Positions 60,152-64,000 of a stretch of 64,000 nucleotides of DNA are shown here, piece after piece. A program made the position numbers and the translations under genes. The stretch covers positions 23,506-87,505 of the forward strand of contig JAZDCY010000028.1 in the NCBI GenBank assembly GCA_036679645.1, given 5' to 3'. A model generated the notes under the pieces. It had not been told where the DNA came from. It saw only the letters and a list, made by a program, of their open reading frames with translations, and did not search any database. The first letter of the stretch is position 1, and each line of letters begins with the position of its first letter. The DNA is from Gemmatimonadota bacterium (lineage in GTDB: Bacteria > Gemmatimonadota > Gemmatimonadetes > Gemmatimonadales > GWC2-71-9).

Positions 60152-60688
60152 CGGCCACAGTGCCTGTCGACGGGGCCTGCGCGTGCGCTACGTCCGGCTG
60201 CCTCACCTCTTGCACGACCTGGCGCTGGCCCAGGCCGACGGCTCCTACGGCAAACTCTTGACCGCCTTAGCGAAGACCGAACTCTTGATACTGGATGACT
60301 GGGGCCTGGCACCGCTCGGCGATCGCGAACGGCGTGACGTGCTGGAAGTCGTCGAAGATCGCTACGGCCGCCGGGCCACGCTCGTGACCAGCCAACTCCC
60401 CGTCGAGCACTGGCACGAACTCATAGGGGACCCCCACCCTTGGGGATGCTATCCTCGACCGCCTGGTACACGGTGCGCACCGGATCACGCTGAAGGGCCG
60501 GTCGATGCGCCGCAAGGAAACGACCAAGAAGGAAACGAAGAAGAAACCGACAACGAAAGAAGGAAACTAGGCCAGCACCCACACCCTCGGTGTCGGTGTC
60601 CGACATCAGCCGAACTGACTGTCCGACTTCGACCGAACCAGGTGTCCGACATCAACCGAACTGGGTGTCCGGATGCACCGAATCCGCA
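60152..60688 (+). mobile_element. istB: IS21-family fragment: 3' half of istB (frameshifted) and right end
   Basis: 'ADGSY', 'LLILDDWG', 'TSQLP..HW', then after a C-run slip 'DAILDRLVH.AHRI.LKG.SMR'; ends in ...CGCA. Confidence 0.9.
60596..60688 (+). repeat. Four 23-bp-period terminal repeats of the IS21 right end
   Basis: GTGTCCGACATCAGCCGAAC-like units at 60596, 60619, 60642 and 60665. Confidence 0.88.
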
Positions 60689-60690
60689 AT

Positions 60691-61212
60691 ATGCAGGATG
60701 GCTCCGGAAGCAAAGGGAACGAACTGTTAACAGACCTGGACGAGCTGGCCAGAGAGGGAGCTCGGCGGATGCTGGTGAGTGCGTTGGACGCTGAAGTGAC
60801 CGAGTATGTCGAGCGATATCGGATTGAGCGAGACGAAGCGGGCCGCGCCCTGGTGGTGCGCAATGGCAAAGCCCGTCCCCGCAAGGTGACGCTGGGTGCT
60901 GGTACTGTTGCGGTGAGGGCGCCTCGGGTGAATGACCGTCGTGTGCGGGAGCAGTTCACGAGCAAGATCTTGCCTCCGTATATGCGGCGGTCGCCCAAGG
61001 TGGCGGAGGTATTGCCGGTGTTGTATCTGCGCGGTCTCTCGACGGGAGATTTTCGTGAGGCGCTGCCGATCCTGTTGGGCGATGACGCATCGGGTTTGTC
61101 CCCTACGACGATCACACGATTGACGGCTGCGTGGGAGGGAGAATACCGGGAGTTTCGCCGATCTGCGCGACCGGGAGTATGTGCGCGTCTGGGTCGACGG
61201 GATCCACTTCTT
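60691..61212 (+). mobile_element. IS256-family transposase fragment (N-terminal third, frameshifted, truncated)
   Basis: 'AREGARRML..AL.AEV', 'RNG', 'PRVNDRR', 'FTS.ILP.Y.RRS', 'LYL.GLSTGDF', then 'YV.VWVDGIHF' in another frame. Confidence 0.88.
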
Positions 61213-61410
61213 CCTCAACCGCTGCTACAAGCTTGGTGCGTCGCCGCCAAGCGCCGCTGAAGAACCGCATTGCCCGCTTCAATTCGGTGTAATCGCCGTG
61301 CCCCGTTACTGTCAACGGCCAGACGACGATGAGTCAGGCATGTTGTGACAGCTCCGTAAGTGCCCGCAAGTGTCAATGCAACCCCGTCGCGTAGCTGAGT
61401 CGAGGCCGAC

Positions 61411-62514
61411 CTACGTCCCGCCTCCCTGACTGCCGGAGTGGTCGATGAGCTGCAAGAGTTCTACATATTCGTAGCCGGCCTCGGTCAGTCGCCTTCCGAG
61501 GATGAGATCTTCCGCCACTTGCCATATCATGAACTCACCCGGGAGTCGCAAGATCGACGACAAATGACCGTCTGGAGTAAAAACTCTCCATGTACGAAAC
61601 CCGTCCGAGGCAACCTCGAAGTCACTCAGCCAGAACTGACCGTTGGCTCCTGCAACGAGTTGATCGTAGAGTCGCACCACGACGTGCGGCGTCTTCGAGA
61701 CGGCGCCATTACTCCAATCGTGCCCGTCGAGGCGAACGATGCTCCAGGCACTGCCGTCCCACCGGCGGATCGCGTGAGCGTCGGAAGTAGACACAAGCAA
61801 GCGTCCGTCGCGGATCGTAGCGGACGGGCGTGGACCATCGACGATCATCTCCAATCCGTATGCTCCCACGGCCTCCCGTGGCCGCCACCAACGCCCCCCG
61901 ACGGAAAGAAGCACACGGTAGGCGGAGTCCTCCGGTGCAGGGTCGCGATGGAAAAGTGCAATCGAGAACGAATCCCGGGTTATCCCGCTAAGTCTCCGGG
62001 GATCCAGGCCATGTGAGAAACCGATTGCAAACCCTGTGTCGTACTCCGAGATCCACTCTGCTTGTCCGTGCTCTGGCAGCCGTGGTCTGAAGGACCGAAC
62101 GTAGCTACCCTCGGGATCGAACACCGTGACTTGCGACGTCAGTCCGTCGAGGGCGATCAAAGAATCCGGGTTCAGTGGTGCGATGTGTCTGAGATTTGTA
62201 AACTCCCCAGGGCCGCGGCCACGTCGCCCTATGCGCCTGATCAAGCGACCCGACCGGTCGTACTCGCGTATCTCAGGAACGGCACCGTTCGAGACAAATA
62301 TTCTATCCTCGCGTAGAAAGCCACTGAAAGTTCGGCCCATTACTTCCTGGTCCGATCCGACAGGGGCGCCGATGGTCTGCACAATCGAAACCGACAACGT
62401 ATCAGTCACAGAAGCCGCGGGATCATTCAGGTGAATGGCGCGATCTCCTCCACAGCCGCCTAGAACTGCGTGGGCGAGCAGAGCCATATCTAAGACAGCG
62501 CGTCTCATCGTCAC
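61411..62514 (-). CDS. 6-bladed beta-propeller lipoprotein C
   Basis: Lipobox 'LGGC'; 'IGRRGRGPGEF', 'VTVFDPEGSYVRSF', 'WRVFTPDG', 'EAGYEYV'; GTGA overlap with DsbA 2 stop. Confidence 0.85.
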   Translation of the reverse strand: MTMRRAVLDMALLAHAVLGGCGGDRAIHLNDPAASVTDTLSVSIVQTIGAPVGSDQEVMGRTFSGFLREDRIFVSNGAVPEIREYDRSGRLIRRIGRRGRGPGEFTNLRHIAPLNPDSLIALDGLTSQVTVFDPEGSYVRSFRPRLPEHGQAEWISEYDTGFAIGFSHGLDPRRLSGITRDSFSIALFHRDPAPEDSAYRVLLSVGGRWWRPREAVGAYGLEMIVDGPRPSATIRDGRLLVSTSDAHAIRRWDGSAWSIVRLDGHDWSNGAVSKTPHVVVRLYDQLVAGANGQFWLSDFEVASDGFRTWRVFTPDGHLSSILRLPGEFMIWQVAEDLILGRRLTEAGYEYVELLQLIDHSGSQGGGT

Positions 62515-63143
62515 TTTGTCGACGAGACGAGTGCCATCAGCTCGCGGGAGGACAAGCGGGCCGTGACCATCCGACGCCGCGTTAGGATCGTCGGGGTTCC
62601 CGAAATCCGCAGCTCCATCCCCGCTCTCAGGTCTTCCGTAACCAGTGACCTTGTGTGCTTGGATTCGAAGCAGTCGTCAAAGGATACTAGGTTTGGAACT
62701 GCACTTGCGCGCGCGGATGCCGGGCCGAGAAACGGCTCCAACTGCTCGCGGTTCCCAAAAAGCCACCTACTGAACTCAACGAACCGACCCTGCTGAGAGG
62801 CGCACTCTGCGGCAACCGATGCCAAGAACGACGACGAGTCCACACTGGGGTGAGCGAAGTGCCTCAGACGCACCGTGAACGAAGAGACGTCCGTCGTCAA
62901 GATGCTGTCTATCGTCCCAAAGAGCTCCGCGCAGTAGACGCATCGATAATTTGAGAATATAACCAGAGTATCAGGGCCGCTCCCGAGAAGTTGGCCCCTG
63001 CTATTCATGCGATTGAAAGTGTTCGACGATATCCTCGCAACTGGATAAGGTGCGCGCGGTCGCAGCCTGTACCAACCGTAAGTTGCGACAGCGAATACCA
63101 GCAGCGTAACCGAGGCAATTTTGGCTAGGCTCGATCCAGTCAT
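62511..63143 (-). CDS. DsbA-family thiol:disulfide oxidoreductase 2 (membrane-anchored)
   Basis: N-terminal TM; 'IFSNYRCVYC', 'RHF', 'AAECA..QGRF', 'GTPT'. Confidence 0.88.
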   Translation of the reverse strand: MTGSSLAKIASVTLLVFAVATYGWYRLRPRAPYPVARISSNTFNRMNSRGQLLGSGPDTLVIFSNYRCVYCAELFGTIDSILTTDVSSFTVRLRHFAHPSVDSSSFLASVAAECASQQGRFVEFSRWLFGNREQLEPFLGPASARASAVPNLVSFDDCFESKHTRSLVTEDLRAGMELRISGTPTILTRRRMVTARLSSRELMALVSSTK

Positions 63144-63181
63144 CTCGGGCCCTGTTCCTCTGAGTGGTCTTCAACGGGATT

Positions 63182-63210
63182 CGGTCCCCGCCATATTGGG
63201 ACGGGGACCG
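63182..63210 (-). terminator. Strong GC hairpin between peptide 3 and DsbA 2
   Basis: CGGTCCCCG...CGGGGACCG 9-bp perfect stem, 18 nt after the peptide stop; no U-tract. Confidence 0.6.
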
Positions 63211-63228
63211 GCAACTGGCGCGCCTTTG

Positions 63229-63474
63229 CTACTCTAGAATGGGGGGACCACCTTCCGGAAGCGTATCAGTCCCTTGCTTGAAGTAATAGTAGTAGCGCCA
63301 CTGGCAGCAGGACCCGTCCGAACACTCTTTCGTACAGTCGCTGACACAGAGACTGCCCGAGAAGGCTCCGCACGGCACCTGCGTAGCGGCCTGTCTGGGT
63401 GCAGCAAACGATATGCCAGCGACGGCTATTGCCGCTGCGGTTAGGCTGCGAGTGAGAAGCTTGCGCCACGTCAT
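63229..63474 (-). CDS. Cys-rich secreted peptide 3 (81 aa, 6 Cys)
   Basis: AGGAGG SD; Sec-like leader MTWRKLLTRSLTAAAIAVAGISFAA; core QVPCGAFSGSLCVSDCTKECSDGSCCQWRYYYYFKQGTDTLPEGGPPILE. Confidence 0.85.
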   Translation of the reverse strand: MTWRKLLTRSLTAAAIAVAGISFAAPRQAATQVPCGAFSGSLCVSDCTKECSDGSCCQWRYYYYFKQGTDTLPEGGPPILE

Positions 63475-64000
63475 ATTTTCCTCCTGGGATTGGGTTCTGA
63501 AAAGCGCCTGTCTGGTCAGTCTAACCTGAAGCCAGCATCGTGACGGTGAAGAACAAGACAACTGAGATATGTAGTGTTCTGTGCAAGCCGATGACTGCAG
63601 ACCACCTCTCATTCGATCGATGAAGGCTTTCCACCTGAGTGCTTCCTGGTCGAACCCGCAGCCGGCCGCGAATCCTTGCGGGGGCAAACTGGCTACACCC
63701 GCTTGAGTGGATCTCACCCGTCGCGATCCCGCTGCGAGACACTAACATATGTTCGACAGTGCTCGAGTGGCCCAAGCTAGGATCGGCACCGCGAATAATC
63801 CTGTAAGCCGGCCGGCACAAGGAGTCAGCTTTGGCGCGTTCACCACTGCCTCCTGTTACGGTGTATCCAAGATCGACCCCTTCCAAGAACGGACAATCAC
63901 ACGAGAGGCGCTATGACCGCCCGCGCGGAGAACCGATGGAGGGGACACCGGGACGGTTTCCGCGGACCGGGGTATGACCTCTCGCGCGCTCGTCGACCAC

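Noticed and set aside
60596..60688. Short regularly spaced repeats resembling a mini-CRISPR
   Set aside because: Period is 23 bp with almost no spacer, directly after istB and ending in CA; this fits IS21 terminal repeats. No cas genes are present.
56218..63474. Peptides as lanthipeptide, sactipeptide or ranthipeptide precursors
   Set aside because: Leaders look like Sec signals, not double-glycine leaders, and no modifying enzyme of those classes is in the window; DsbA linkage favours disulfides. Enzymes beyond the window edge cannot be excluded.
63521..64000. ORF 63521-63886 and the 5' extension of ORF 63229-63717
   Set aside because: No recognisable motifs; the strong SD at 63474 marks the real peptide start. 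Window edge limits interpretation.

Overview
GC-rich bacterial chromosome segment. Gene content and protein style suggest Gemmatimonadota (inference; no database search was possible). Bases 1-52,900 are mostly core genes: pgsA, mglAB, recR-ybaB-dnaX, SRP RNA, pyk, ispG, class II RNR, a Ser/Thr kinase/FHA/PP2C signalling cluster beside peptidoglycan-recycling genes (a frameshifted amidase, murQ, anmK), ggt, ccdA, pdaD-speB, priA, glyQS, an orphan wzc-like kinase, purA, pilT, mgtC and trpS. From about 52,940 to the end is a visibly less GC-rich accessory region with three broken suhB copies and IS21/IS256 debris. It carries the most interesting signal: a repeated module of a small Sec-exported cysteine-rich peptide (three different peptides with 8, 8 and 6 Cys), a membrane-anchored DsbA-like oxidase (two copies) and a 6-bladed beta-propeller lipoprotein (three intact copies plus one remnant). 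This looks like a possibly undescribed, diversifying disulfide-rich peptide system. Functional calls come from motif recognition only.
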